64,000 bases of DNA from Callorhinchus milii (taxonomy: Eukaryota), in the NCBI RefSeq assembly GCF_018977255.1, contig NW_024704742.1, positions 126,048,001-126,112,000 of the forward strand, written 5' to 3'. Shown here piece by piece: positions 22,894 through 37,720 of the stretch. Made by a program: the position numbers and the translations under genes. The notes below the pieces were generated by a model. The model worked only from the letters and a program-made list of their open reading frames with translations, did not search any database and had not been told where the DNA came from. The first letter of the stretch is position 1. Each line of letters opens with the position of its first letter.

Positions 22894-25807
22894 GTCAGTG
22901 TCAACATTTTCTTATTAAAACCAAAATGGTAAACGCGATAGCTTAAAGAAAACTGCAACACAAGGCCGTCATACACAATGAATTATATCTTTATAACTTT
23001 GTATGTTATTATTAACTTCAGGCTGGTCACAGCTGCTCTCCTATCTTTTATGAGACATTCATTAGTTTTTAACATTAAGGGTTTCTCTCCCTCTCTCTCT
23101 CACTGTGCCGCCTCCCCCAGCTGGGAGGTTGAGGGCAATGCTTTGTTCCCACATCTCCTTGAAGTGGATGTAATAAAGTTTGCTTGAGTTCTTGTGGCTT
23201 TTGCAGACTATCCACTGAATAGTCTATCCACTGGATAGCTGTTTTATACAGCGCCTTCAGGAGGATGCCTCCAAGCGCTTCACAGGGTTTAACTGTAAAG
23301 TGTAGTGACTAGGGGTTTCAAACCCGATACCAGGATCCTGTATGGTAAGGGTGCTCCCAAAATCCAGGGATTCATTGAAGAGAATATTGAGGGGTGGAAA
23401 GACCTGCCCTCCTCTTCTGCCCTGACTCGGCTTTTATACAATCCCCAAATCCCGGGCCACAAGTTGCCCAAAGACAGCATCTCCAACATTACAGTGCTCC
23501 CCTAACACTACATTAGGGTGTCAGCCTGGACTTATGAGTTCCAAGTCTCTATGTGGGGCATGAACCCATAACATTCAAACTCAGAGACGAGAGCACTACC
23601 AACTGAACCAGGCTGACACATGGAGTCTCAGGAAGTCAGCTTCAGTGAGCGACTGCAGGCTGTTTATGTTTATTGCACATCAAAATGCATCAGCACCAAT
23701 GAGACGACAACAAGAAGATGTCTCTGTTGATGTCTGCATTCCTCAGCAAATCCCTTAGCACTGCATTGTTGGAGATGCTGTGCTTTGGATGAGACGTTAA
23801 ACCCAGATCCCATCAGTTTTTCAGGTGAATGTTATGGCACTATTTGAAAAGAGAAGGGTGTGTCTCCTAGCCAACAATCCCCAAATAAAATTGGTCACCA
23901 TGGTTGTTTGTGGGGCATTACTGTGTGTAAAATTGGCTGTTGCTTTCACCCACAAAAACACAGTCATGACCAGTGGTTGCAATAACGGTGCCCTTTTGGA
24001 ATTTCGGGATTTTGTCACAAGGTTGGTGTCAGCATTCCTCAGCAATCCCATGAGTAACTCCATGCAGCTCTTCATCAAAAACAACAACAGCTTGCATTTA
24101 TGTAACTCACTTCACGCGGGGTAGCGTCCCAGAGCCCTTAAACTGGCAATTCAACACACAGCATTGCTGATGATGTAGTGTTGCATATGCAATATGATGT
24201 GGGTGCTGAATCGTCCGAGTTTGCAGACCTTTGGATGAGACATTAAATCAAGATTCCATTTGCCTGTTCAAGTGGACGTTAATGAACCCATGGCACTTTT
24301 GAAAAAGAGAAGGGAGTGTCTCTCAGTGTACTTCCCAACGTTCCACAAATAAAAATTGACCATTCACTTCATAACCGTTTGTGTGACATTGCTGTGCACA
24401 AAATAGAATTGATTATCCTTGCTCATTTTGCTCTTCTATTCTAAGCACATTTCACCAAGCAGTAGAATTTCAGTCCCAAATATTTGTTCCCTGTTCAGTC
24501 TTCTCATCTCCAGTGAATCCAAATTGCAGATCAATGAGCCTTTCCTCATAACTAACCTCCTAATTCTTGCTCTAACCAATAAGTTCATGACAAAGTAGAT
24601 CTCCTGACAGACAATTACAACTTACTATAGTCACATAATAGCCAACATCGGGTTTGACTGGCAACCTAGACAAGTCAGACAACAGCAGCAATTTACATTT
24701 GTATAGAACCGTCTGACAGAGTTCTACAGAATGAGATTAATTTGAAATTAAGCGAATGTTGTTTCATTGGCAAATGTGTCAGATAATTTGCACCTAGCAA
24801 TGACATACAATGATGTGAGTAATAACTACTAATAATAACATTCTGTTACAGTCAGGATCTCGGTTTAATATCTTACCCACAGGACAGCACCGTCCAGCAA
24901 TGCAGTGCACCCCCCAGGATGGCATTGGAATGTCAGCTGAGATTATATAAATTCATAGTCACAATGTGGGTCTTTAATAGATCTCAAGTGCTAAGCAAAA
25001 ATCTTGTTCTTACTATTTTACCACCGTAGTTTAAAGTAGAAAACTATTCAGAGTTCCAGTAGAGAGGTTGTTGGTAAAAATAACTAAAATGTAGATTGCA
25101 ATCTAAGTAACATTAGATATTTTAAGGTAGACATACCATTGAAAAGCAAACCACGCTCTGGGTTTCAGCAAATGTTTTGGAAACCTTGCCAGGTCCTATA
25201 TTGACAACTGGAAAACTGGTTAGATCCCTCTCCCACTCATTAATTAGTGAGCCGTACTTGAAGGAACCTTTTTGTGCATGATAAGGGAAACCAGGATTGA
25301 GGTTCCAGTTTAAGGCTTGACCAGCCTTCCAACACTCACTGTCAAGGCAATCACATAGAAGAATGGTCACATAAACTGGGTGCCAGAGAACTGCTAGTGG
25401 TCGCAGAGCTGTACTCCAGCACATTCAGGAGAGGAGAGTGGGAGGAAAGGTTAGCAAATTGTCAAGAGAAATCCTTCTGTTGCCTGGGGAAAAGACACTC
25501 AGCAACGTTAGCAATATTCTTCCAGACAGCTGGAATTTCAGAAAATGCTATTGTGCAGTTTTACAATCTACGCCCCAGGTGTGGGTTGAAGGTTAAAGCC
25601 ACAGCGCACCTTCCAAGAGTGATGGAGGCTACACGGAGCAGTAGACTGAGAGGGAGTGCTCACTTCTCAAATGCTCCATTTTCAATATTAACTCTTCGAA
25701 TTCTGGCAACCTGGTACATACATATGGTGAAAAACCACAGTTAATCATCCTGTGAATGAAATGCAGTAATGTTAATTTATAAGTTTCTCACTAACATTAG
25801 TCTCTTG

Positions 25808-25990
25808 GATCCCCACTATTTCTGGTAAGTTTTTTGTATCTTCCAACGTGAAGACAGAAGCAAAGTATTTGTTTAGTGATTCCCCAATATAATTTCTCCT
25901 GTCTCTGCCTGTAAGGGACCTACATTTGCTTTTGTTAATCTCTTTCTCTTTATATACTTGTAAAAGTTCTTACAATCTGTCTTTATAATG
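25808..25990 (-). mobile_element. CR1 internal fragment, same family as 39588-40650
   Basis: Reverse complement aligns by eye to about 40020-40210 (ataaagacagattgtaag...aaacaaatactttgcttctgtcttcacgttgg). Confidence 0.75.
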
Positions 25991-26084
25991 GTTGCCCTAG
26001 TAACTCGTAATATGAATGTAATAATAATATTTTATGCATTCACACTCAGTCAATGAAAGCAATGACCTGCCTTTGTGCTGATAT

Positions 26085-26410
26085 ATTCAGACGGATATTC
26101 TCAAGGTTCAGTCCTTGGTCCTTCCTGAGTAATAGTTGATCTCAGTTAGGGAAGCCACAACAATAACTTGCACTTCAAAGCACTCAACAAATGTAATAGA
26201 GCATAGCAGAGATACAGAGATTGCCCTGGGTAAACTTAGCCACGGTTCCTGCTCCTGATCACAATGACACCAGCTGGAAATATCAATACCGGTGAAAGTG
26301 AGCTCAGCAGGGTTGGTTCTTGTGCTTGCTCCCTCGATCAAATAACCAGCCAATATTCGCTGGACTCCCACGTTATAAATGGTCACTTGGGCAAGATCCT
26401 GGAGGATTAG
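26085..26410 (+). mobile_element. Ancient SINE, LF-SINE-like (tentative)
   Basis: tgatctcag...tgccctggg...agccacggttcctgctcctgatc...aatggtcacttgggcaag resembles my recollection of the LF-SINE body. Related fragments at about 20421-20500, 43660-43830 and, antisense, 27275-27380. Confidence 0.4.
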
Positions 26411-27652
26411 TCAAAGATAGTTATGTGTCAAGTATTAAGAGGTATGTGATAAAGGTGGAGAAATTAGATTAAAAGATTTGCCGCAATCTAATAAATTGGC
26501 AGAATAGGCTTAATGAGCTGAATAACAACAAGAACAAAACTTGCGTTTTTAGTGCCCCTCAAGCAGGATAGCATCCCAGAGCCCAGAGAATAATGTTTTC
26601 CTTTTCCTATGCTCTGAACTGTTCACTAGCAACAATCAGTGGCACAAGGAGAGAAAGAGAGAAAATTGGAAGGAAAAATAAAGCAAAACGTGTGAATCTT
26701 TATTTAAAACTAATTTTGTGAGAACATTCATTGCTTTGGGACCAATTCTTTACTTTACTTTTAAAAATGCCACTGAGGTGTGAAATTGTATCAATAATGT
26801 TCCCAATAATGAGAACGTTTTCTAACCTTCTGAATACTTTCCTGACGCTGGCTTCTTCGGATGTAAATATCGGATTTGTGCAGCCAGTTGGAGATGAGTG
26901 ACGGGGATTCTCATAGTCTCTATTAATCATCCAATGTGCGTAGGTTCTGAGTACATTGAGTACCACTAAATCATCCAGCTCAGGTCAGCCTTCACCACAG
27001 CAGTGCAGTGCTGCACACACACACACAGCGGGGGTAGAGTCCCTGCTACTATCTGCTCTCCACATTAATACAACCAACCACTGCTAAATCCAGCTTCTAA
27101 ACAGCAAGATCTTGGCTAAAATTACAAGACATTTGCTGCCTAAAATCAATCAGGAAAAGATTCATCCCTAAAAATAACTACTCAGGGAAATAGAGTACTG
27201 CGGATGGTTCAATATAATGTTCAAAAGGTATGTTATGATCACTTACCCCCCAGATTTCTCCACGATGACTAATCTTCATGTGTTAGTTTAACCAATGAAT
27301 GTCAGTGGGCTATTTAATCAGAGACGGTTATCACAGCCAATGTAGATGCTGCCCTTATCCAATGGCAATACACATCCACAGTTACACACAGTGCATCTTA
27401 CACATACACACAATGCACATGCACACCCTACATGTACACAACTGACTCATCACCCCACGAATGCACACACCATCCATAGACACACCATCCATACACACAT
27501 GTCCAAATGACAAGTTGTTATTGTCCAATGAACAGTCACTTCTTGTGACAGTAATTACCTGTGAAGCTCTGCGAGACGTTTCGATGTTATAATAATCCTT
27601 GCATTTGGTATAGCGAGAGTGCTACCAACTAAGCCAGGCTGGCAGTGTAGTA

Positions 27653-28312
<660 letters not shown>

Positions 28313-29794
28313 TAGTGAAACTACTGAATTCTGCAGTGCACAAACCTCATTCACTTGGAATCTTGGGGCTGAATTTTGTCTTGCTGCAGAGGAAAGTGAC
28401 TTTGTTGATGCGTGCTCACATTAGGAGTCTCATTTTCCAAGCACACAACAGCAAATTCGCTGCATTTGGAGGCAAGAGGAATTTCGTACCTTTAAAGTAA
28501 AGCTCCTGTATTGTCATAAATATATTTGCTTGCACGCAAAAACAATTTTAGACGCCAAACTTTAGAAACTAATGCCCTTATTGAGAAACCTGCGTAGAAA
28601 GGCCAGTAAAGATAACAGCAGATAACAGGCCATTTAACCCCCACCCCCCCATCACCTCCAAACAACACTTATAACTTAAAATGCTTGCAAGCAAAATGGT
28701 TCTGAAAATATAGTGGCTTAAAAGTCCAACTCAATGTTTCATGGCAAAAGATTTATCCTGTGGGATAAGACATTTTTTAAGACATTTTCCATTGTTCAAC
28801 TCTTTTTAAAAGAAACACAAAACTCCAACTTTATATTTTATTTTTCATTATTTGTTTTCACATCATGACCCCCCGCCCCCCAACAGCCCCTAATCTCTGC
28901 CTATCTGAGCACATAGGTGTTTGAGAATGAATTCAAGAGTGACGCATTTGGTTTGCAATCTCTATTTGCGCCTTGCTGCTCTGTAGCTTTCCTGTTGCAT
29001 GAAAGGGCAGTAATTGGCAGTGTGTGTGTGTGTTGGGGGTGGGGGGTAATTGGAGAACAGGAAAGGACTATGGCATGTGTCAGAACTTGAAGTGTAGAGT
29101 ACAGTGTCACTTAGGCAGGGGTGTGGGGGGTGTAGGAAGGTGGGGGAAGTTATATTGCCCATGGGTTAATCGATCATTTCTAAATCATAAAGTAACATCT
29201 AAGGTTTCATCTAAGGTTCTGAAGTAAAATCCCACCCATGGCCAGAGAACTCTGGTGTCACAATATCATTGTTAAATTAAGTGAGCCTTTGAACTTCTCC
29301 ATAATTGTGCCTTTGATTTGTATTTTTTCTCAGGTATTTTTGCTGTCTCTGGTCTAATAATTTTTCTCCTTGCCTTACCAGTTAATATTTACCCTGCTTT
29401 GGGGTCAAATATAATAATCTTAAGTGCAAAGATTATTATCATTATTAATGATACACAGCAGTTTCCAATGGGGGGAGAGATTCCTTATTAGGGAATCTGA
29501 GTGAAGATTGTTTAAGATAACAGGAAGTGCAGCCCGCTGACCCACAGGATACAGAATGCTTTGTAGCAGAAGTCTTGGCATTGTTGTGATGCGTGTTTAT
29601 CTTCATTATGAAATCATTATGAAATTTGGACCCTACAGTAGTTTTTTTTATTATTTCAATAATTTGCCTTATATATTTACTATAGTGATATAGCAGAGAC
29701 CTGGCGAACTGGATAATCACTCATTTGAGCAACACTTCACATGAGATGTGGACATGAAGTGCTGCTCAAATGTGCACAAAATACTTTAGTTCCT

Positions 29795-30182
29795 CGCCTT
29801 CAAGACCCTCCATGGTCTTGCTCATTCCTACCTCTGTGACCTGCTGATCCCATATCAACCTGTCTGCTCCCTCCGCTCAGCAGGCTCTGACCTGCTCCAC
29901 GTCCCACCCCGGCCCGCCCCACCATTGGTGGTCGGGCCTTCAGCCTCTCTTCCCCCACCCTTTGGAAGTTCATCCCACATTCCCTTTGCCTCACTCCCTC
30001 CCTTGCCTCCTTCAAGGCACATCTCAAGACCCTCCTCTTCGACCGCATCTTCGGCCACCCTCCCAGTCCTCCACTCTCCCTGATCCTAAACCCCTCCTGC
30101 TCGGGTCTAAATCCCTGACTGTTCAACACCTTGAGACGTTCTCCCAACGTGAAAGGTGCTATACAAATGTAATTTGTATTGT
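29795..30182 (+). mobile_element. L2 3' fragment
   Basis: ttcaagaccctccatggtcttgct...accattggtggtcgggccttcagcc...tcaagaccctcctcttcgacc, followed by the stem-loop tail. Confidence 0.85.
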
Positions 30183-32436
30183 ATGCATGCAATGTGACCA
30201 AGCATGCTAAATTGTCACTCGTAATCCGAGAGGCCTAATGCGCTCATGTTGTAGGGAGTGCTCTTATGAGGTGAGTTACAGCACATTATGGAAGGAGAGT
30301 GGAGAGAATCTTAATGTGGAGTGCAGCAATATAGCTGACCTGACTCTACCAGCAAGTGCCACAATTGAAAAAAGGTTCTATTTCCCAACCCTGACATTCA
30401 GGACTTTGATAAACATAACAATTCACCAGATATTCTCAAATCATATAACAGAAGAAAAGACTTCAAACCATCAGTAGGGGCTCTAGAGACACTATGTTAT
30501 TCAAAGGCCTCTGCTTGTGCAGGAGTGAGAAACAAATATTTCTTTCGACCACAAGAGAGGTAAGAATAAAGAACACCATTTGATCTCATCTTTTGCCACT
30601 TCCATTACAACATCAAACTATTTCTTGAATGAGTGTGTAGTCCTGCGAACCAATTCCCACTGTTGATTTTAATCTGTGTAAATAAATGTTTTTAACATAA
30701 TAAAAATAAATAATAATCCTTGTATTTGATGTAGAAGACATGTCAAAACGCTGTAGAGTGAATTGACTGTATTTTGTGGGCAGAACATTACCCTTCTTGG
30801 CGCAGATTGTGTCCTGTTCTGCTACGTAAAATAATTATTTCAATGACATTTATTTGGTGAAGGTGAAAGTAATTGAAAAGTCCCTGAAAAGCTATTCAGA
30901 AACTATTTTTGAAACTGTCGTGTAACCGCAGTATTAAATAACCAAGGTGCTTTTAGTCTTATACTCCCTGACCAATAAACTCACTCATTAAAAAGATGTG
31001 CATGACCCTTACAAGATTTCAGGAGCTTCAGAAGCTTCTGTCCAATTCTTCTTGGGCCATACCAGTTTTTGCCATTTATAAACACTTTTTGATTAAAACA
31101 AAGGTTGCGGATGCTCACAACATTAGTTCAGATCGGTGACTGAAATTTAATTTGAACTAAAAAAGACTTGCAAAAGATGATAGGGTATGCTGCTGTGTGA
31201 TGGTTCAGATAGAGATATAACCCTACTCTCTGCCCTCCCCCCCTCCTCCTCACACCTCTTAATAAACTTCTAAGAATTAGAAAGTTGTGTATATTTACCA
31301 AGACGTTTGATATGTCAACTCCCTGCAAGGTTAAAGTACCAGAAAATAGAAACATTACAATCTTTTCTAAGATTGTATCCACCTTTGTGAGTGGAGCTTT
31401 GCATGCACAGAAGGCAATACCATTCCCTCTTCCCATCTCTATTCATCTCTATTCACTCCCTCCCTCCCACAACTCATTCAAGGTCCATTTCAAGACGTAC
31501 CTTTTTGGCCATGCTTTCAGTCATTTTTCCCCTTTCTACCCCCTTCAGCTTCCATCCCCAGCTCTGTGCCCAGCCAACAGTGTTGAGCACTCTGGGACAT
31601 CCTCCTGTCGTGAAAAACACTAAATAAATGTATTGGTTTCAACTATATTTTTCGTCAATGTGATGATATTATTGCTGACTATGTTACATGCCACAATTTT
31701 GTTCCCATGTCCTGAATTTGACCAAAATTCAACAAATAAACTAAAACTGGTTCATATGCTGGGGGTCGGGGGGGAGATGAGGAAGTTTGGGGGAGGGGAT
31801 GGTAGCCAAATGTGCAGTAGAAAAGAAAGGTATTAAAGGTGGGAAGGGAGAAGTGGGGCAGAGGAGCTTCAGGCTGGATAGCAAGCAGAATGGCTGAAAG
31901 CTCATCCGCTGATGATCGGATGGATCAGATGGGGAACGTGATATAAACATTGGAGAAAGGCTGATGAATGCTTTAGGTGAAGATTACAAAAAAATGCAAA
32001 GCCTTGAAGCTGGAGTAGGAGTAGATCCTTTACTCAGTGATGACTATCTGCAGTATTTGCAATGTTCATTATTTTCTTCATAGCTCTGCAGAGCTGCTTC
32101 TTTCCAGTGACCTTTATATTCTGGAGTTCCTCTCTGAATACCTTACAATTCTGTGTCCATAATTTGTTCCTGGAGAGTGTTATCTAGAATGCAGATGGTG
32201 CTGCCATCTGCGTCTTCCTGTAACGTAAAAAGTGTTGCCTCTCATTTCAGTTTGGGCTTTGGCGTACAAGCTCTGGATACTCACCAGCATTTACACAGCA
32301 GTGCAGTTAGCAAAGTGCTAAGAGCAGCATCATCTGTTGTCATGTTAGTCCATGATGAATCACAGGGGAGAATCCTTACTGCACTTTTTGTGTATTGTCT
32401 TTGAATACATTAAATGGAGCACAGCTTAGATGAATT

Positions 32437-32815
32437 ACAACAACAAAATTATATTTGTATAGCGCCTTTCACGTCGGGAGGACGTCCCAAGGCGCTGGTC
32501 AAAGTTTCGGACCCAAGCTGAGGGTTGGGATCGGGGAGGGGGGAGGATAGGGGGGGGAAGCAGGGTGATTGAAAGCACAGTCGAAGGGGAGGGTCTTGAG
32601 ATGGGTCTTGAAGTAGGCGGGAGCGGTAAGCGAGGCGGAGGGACTGCAGGATGGAGTTCAGAGGGTGGGGGCAGAGTGGCAGAAGGCCCACCCGCCAATG
32701 GTGGGGCGAGTGAGACTGGATACATGAAGCAGGCCTGAGCCCACTGAACGGAGGGAGCAAGCAAAATGGTAAAGGGTTAGGATGCCGTAGAGATAGGGGG
32801 GAGCAAGATCATGGA
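32437..32815 (-). mobile_element. L2 3' fragment, antisense
   Basis: acaacaacaaaattatatttgtatagcgcctttcacgtcgggaggacgtcccaaggcgct is the reverse complement of the L2 tail; the 3' end of ORF2 follows. Confidence 0.85.
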
Positions 32816-35800
32816 ATTACATAGATTTTATATGAAATTTACAACAACAAATTGCATTTATATAGCGGTTTTCACATCAGGAGGACGTCCCAAGGTGCTG
32901 AGAACTGGCCATTCGGCCAACTAATCCATACCAGTGTTTCTACTAGACATGAGTCTCCGCCCATCCCAATTCCCCTCCCTAGCCTCCCCCACACCCCTAT
33001 GTTCCCTTCCCTCTCACGTATACATAACTAAGAAATCAAGTTATTTCTTAGTTAATAAGAACTCTACGAAATACTTTCAATTCCAGGTGAATTGCTTTGT
33101 TTCTGGGCTTCAAATCACCAACAAAGCATTGATTATTATTATTAAAATGCATCAATGAAAAATGTTTTGTTCTCACTCATAAGGTGCCAGTGTGCCCTCT
33201 CCTCCATCTGTACACACTGTATAGAAATGTGTCATATACTTGCACTATGATTGTGATTTAATTGAAAACATTCAAAGTGACTGTACTAGTGTGCAGTTCA
33301 GCTTGAGTTAACCTATTCTAGTATTAACCTGGAGATTGATCCTGGACTAAATGGAGAGATTTAAACAGAAGATGCTTAAAAGAAACAGACACATACTTGG
33401 GTGGTATGGCTAATAAAGTGTTTGGTGAAAGGCTTGAGCATTGGGATTAAAATACCTGCCAAGATCTAATAAACTGATTTAACAGGCTGGAACGGCTGAA
33501 TGGTCTCCTATTCCGGTTTTCCTTTGAGACAAATGCAATTTTATTGGCCTTGTTCATTACGTATAACAAAGAGATGAGATAGTTCTCTTTCTTGAAAAGG
33601 CTTAACACAGTTTTAAGAATTGAAGGAGCCCCACCATCACCCTGGATGAATGCATGTAAATGATTCAGTCTGAGATAAAAGTACAATAAATCACTGACCA
33701 GTACTGTTCCTTGAAGTGTCATTGCTGATATCCGCTGTCTATTTAGCTACCGTGGTGGTACATTGTGCTTTAGCTGCTGAATTAGATTGTGTCCGTGTCA
33801 TGCCACTTATTGAATTTGAGAGTGAGGGTGGCTGCATGATAAAGAGGACAGATGGCAAATGGCTTTAGTACGTTAGAACTAACCACCAGGTATAATGGAG
33901 ATGTCATTTGCTTTCTCAAATTAAATGCAATTTTCTGGAAACAGAAAAGCATCTGCTTTCAGGCTAGGCCAGTGAATGTTAAAATTGATTCTTGCACAAA
34001 TTGAAATTTACCACAGGCCCTACTCCTCAACAATAGACTTCATTACAGCTCAGTAATATGTTGAATGGGCTATTTGGTCCATTGTGTGTGTAACTGTGCA
34101 AGCTCCCTCATTATTGGAACTATCTGCTCAATCCCGTTCCCCTGCTCTTTCACCATATCCTCTTCGCTTCGTATCTTCAGGTAATTAACCAATTTCCTTT
34201 TAAAATGCATCATCTGACTTGGGGTGGTGAACGGGAGATGTCATAATTATCAACAGTGATAATCATTTGTGGCAACACACTGCATGGTGCCCAGACGGCA
34301 GGATGGTAGGGTGGGAGGGTGGGTATTCTGGAAGAGTTGAGATCAGATGGTCTGAAGATCCTTCATCATTTGACACAATCTTGTGATATTAATAAAAGGA
34401 ATAATCCTTGTATTTGGTATAGGGCCTTTCACATCAGGAGGACGTCACAATGTATGTCACAGTATATATTGTAAAGTGCAGGCACTATTTTTTTGCGTGG
34501 GCAATATTGTTTTGACAAACGTATTTTTTCTTTGGAAGGGTACAATATCCCATTTTTTGTGTAGGTGATATTGTAATAACCTTCTGTATAAACCTTCCCT
34601 TTTTTCTTCTGGTTGTGATCCTTAATTTATTATTGAGTCAGCAAAAGGAAAATTATTTCTCTATTTATCTTATTTTTTAAACTTCCATGAGACTTTTTCC
34701 CTCTTAATCTTCTTGATTCTATTGACAACTATCGCAACTTTTCAAGTCTCCCCACATAACTAGACTCTGATTACATCCTAATGAATTGTAGCTGCACCCA
34801 TTCCATGGCAGTAATGTGCTTCCCATAATGGAGTATCCAAATAATAATAATAACAATCCTTACATTTGATACAGCATCTTATCATGTTGTTGAAACGTCT
34901 CAAAGTGCTTCATAGAATATTTTATAAAGTGGATTGACTGGGTATTTTGTGGGCAAAATGTGGCAGTCAATTGCACACAGCAGTTTCCCACAAATATTCT
35001 TGGATTGAGTGGTCATCTATAAAGGTCAAGGCCACATTACTGAAACTGGAGCATATCAGGAGTCAGTATAGATTAAAATATAATCTCTAATTCTAGTTAG
35101 CTGCTGTTTACCACTGTAAAATTTGTTCAACATAATAATCCACTTTTAATGCAAAACTTGAAACAAATCTGTATTGTTTATATAACACAAATGAATACTA
35201 GAATATTATTATTAATAATAAATAATAATCTGGGTTTTGAGGAGAAAAGACTAGGCAAACGTTGACCCACCTATGATGGCTCTGTGAGTGTAAATAACAT
35301 AACGCCATGTGTTATTTTCATGCACGAGACAGAAACCTCCAAACTCCACATGGTCTGAGTTTGGGTGAAATTCAGTTATTTCTCAATAAAATAGAAGTGG
35401 TTCAATTCAAGCTTTTTGGGCTTACAAGTTCTCTGAGAATACTTCCATGTTATTAACCTCTGAGTTCAATTTCTATTCTCTTCTTACCTGTAGCTAAAAC
35501 TTTTCGAAGACTGTGTTGGAGCCTGGAGCTCTTTCCTATTCTTGTGATCTGTGAGCTGCAGCTGAGAGTGTGGGCAAGCAATCTAACTCAATCTAATCCA
35601 AGACCTCCTCCACTCCCATTCCAACACAGATACTTAGGGTCACAGGAAAGCTGAACAGGGACCTTTCTGTGGGGAGGGAGCTGACTCTATTCTGTTCCTC
35701 CCCAAGGCATTATAGATGAGATTGTTTTTTTTCCCCTCTATTGCTGAGATGCAGCATGTTCATGCTTCTATACAGTCAGATCCCATCATATTGTCAGGCA

Positions 35801-36162
35801 ATTTCACTGTGTAACTTTATAAATACTGAGAAAACTGCAAGCGCCTTTCCTTAGTTAGGAATATAGGAACGCACATAACTGAAAAAACCCTTGAGAACCC
35901 TTGGCCGTTTCCCAATTTCAAAATTAAAACAAGTATGATCCTGTATCTCTTGTATCATTTAATTTACCATTGAGTTTTATATATTACTAAATTTAATTTA
36001 TGTGAAATTTTCAGTTTGGTTTGGATACTCTTATTCAAGGCAATGGGTTTCCGCAAGTATCAGACATCTGACTAGACAAAACCCAACTCCAGATGTTAAT
36101 GCCATTTGCATGACACATGATTTAAATTGCTTCCCAAACACAGAAAAAATTAAAAATAATAA

Positions 36163-36371
36163 AATAATAATAATCCTTGCATTTGATATAGCGCTTTTCA
36201 CGTCTTCTAGATGTCCCAAAGCGCTTCACAGAATATACTGTAAAGTGAATTGACTGCATATTTGTGGGCGAATGCGGCAGCCAATTGCGCACAGCAGTGT
36301 CCCACAAACAGTCATGGATTGAAAATGACCAATTTATTATTGTTTTTGCTTTTCGCAGGGATTATTATTAG
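36163..36371 (-). mobile_element. 5'-truncated tRNA-Ala-SINE, antisense
   Basis: Reverse complement nearly identical to about 6383-6590, including the diagnostic gggacatctagaagacgtg. Confidence 0.88.
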
Positions 36372-36490
36372 AAAATAAGCCAGTTGAGAACCAACATTTC
36401 ATTAAGCCTCTAATTTAGAGTGATTCACAAAGAGAATATTGGGGAAAATTTCTACCAAGGTCTAGATTTATTATCTTCACGTGGAAGTAT

Positions 36491-36956
36491 TAGGCTGGCT
36501 CAGCTGGTAACACTCTCATCTCAGAGTCAGATGGTTGGGGTTTCAAGCCACATATTGAGCTGACACTCAACTGATGCTCCAATGCAGTACTGGGGAGGGG
36601 GGGGGGAATGGTGGGGGGGGAATGGTGGGGGGGGGGGCTGCATTATTGTAGGTACCATCCTTCGGATGAGATATTACACTGCCTTCAATGTTACACTGCT
36701 TTCTGCCAGTTCAGGTGGATGTTAAAAATTTATTGGAATTATTCAATAAGAGGAGGGAGTTTTTCCCATTGTCCTGGCCAACAATCCCCCAATAAAATTG
36801 TTATTCACGTCATGGTAATTTATGGGATATCACTGTGCGCAAATTAGCTGCTGCATTTCACCTACACATCACTCCACTCTATCCTTTGAAACGTTTTCAG
36901 ATGTCCTCCCAACATGAAAGGCACTATACCAAATGTAAGGATTATCATTGTATTAT
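36491..36956 (+). mobile_element. Deu-domain SINE, full length, with an internal G-rich expansion
   Basis: Same head, Deu block and tail as 21003-21418. Confidence 0.75.
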
Positions 36957-37392
36957 CAGTAAGCCTTAGGTCAATTAACCTTGTGTCTGTAATTGACAAA
37001 TTGCATTTGATAACAAGACAACTTCCACTCCATTTAGCAAAGTGAATTCTGTTTTCAAACTTGAAACATTGAGACTAATTGGAACAAAGGCTGGTGATCC
37101 CATTAGGGATATTGCAGCACACGAGTGTGATGTAGGTTTCATAACCATTGTCTACAATCTAATTCATGTTAATTGGAAAGGACAAGACCATAAAAGAGCA
37201 ACATGGTGGAAAGTTTGCATTGTTTTCTTTTATTTATTTCAATTAGCAAATATATGATCCCTTTGCTCTGTCCTTCACAATTCACTGGAGACTTTGTTGG
37301 GTTTATTCTTTGATCTGGTCTCCACAATGAGCAATGCTCAAACCTTTTCTTTTGAAAATCCTGCTGTTTTCCCAGCTTTCTTTCCTGTTAAA

Positions 37393-37720
37393 ATAATAAT
37401 AATCCTGCATTTGATATAGAGCCTTTGATGTCTTAAAGTGCTTCGCAGGATATATTGTGGAGTTTAGCGATTGACTTTGTAGGCAGGAGTAGCAGCCAAT
37501 TTGCACACTGCAAAGTTCCACAAACAGCCATGTTTATTTTTGGGGATTGTTGGAGAAACTCCCTTTTTTCAAATAGTGCCACTGTATTTTTAATGTCCAC
37601 TTGGACAGGTAGATGGGACTTCGTTTAATATCTCATCTGAAGGACTGCCCCTCCAATAACACAACATCCCCACACTCCATTGGAGTATCAGCCTGGACAA
37701 AATGAGTTCAAAGTCCTGAC
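37393..37720 (-). mobile_element. Deu-domain SINE, antisense
   Basis: aataataatcctgcatttgatatag...caaatagtgcca...aatgtccacttggacagg...ggagtatcagcctgga. Confidence 0.7.
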
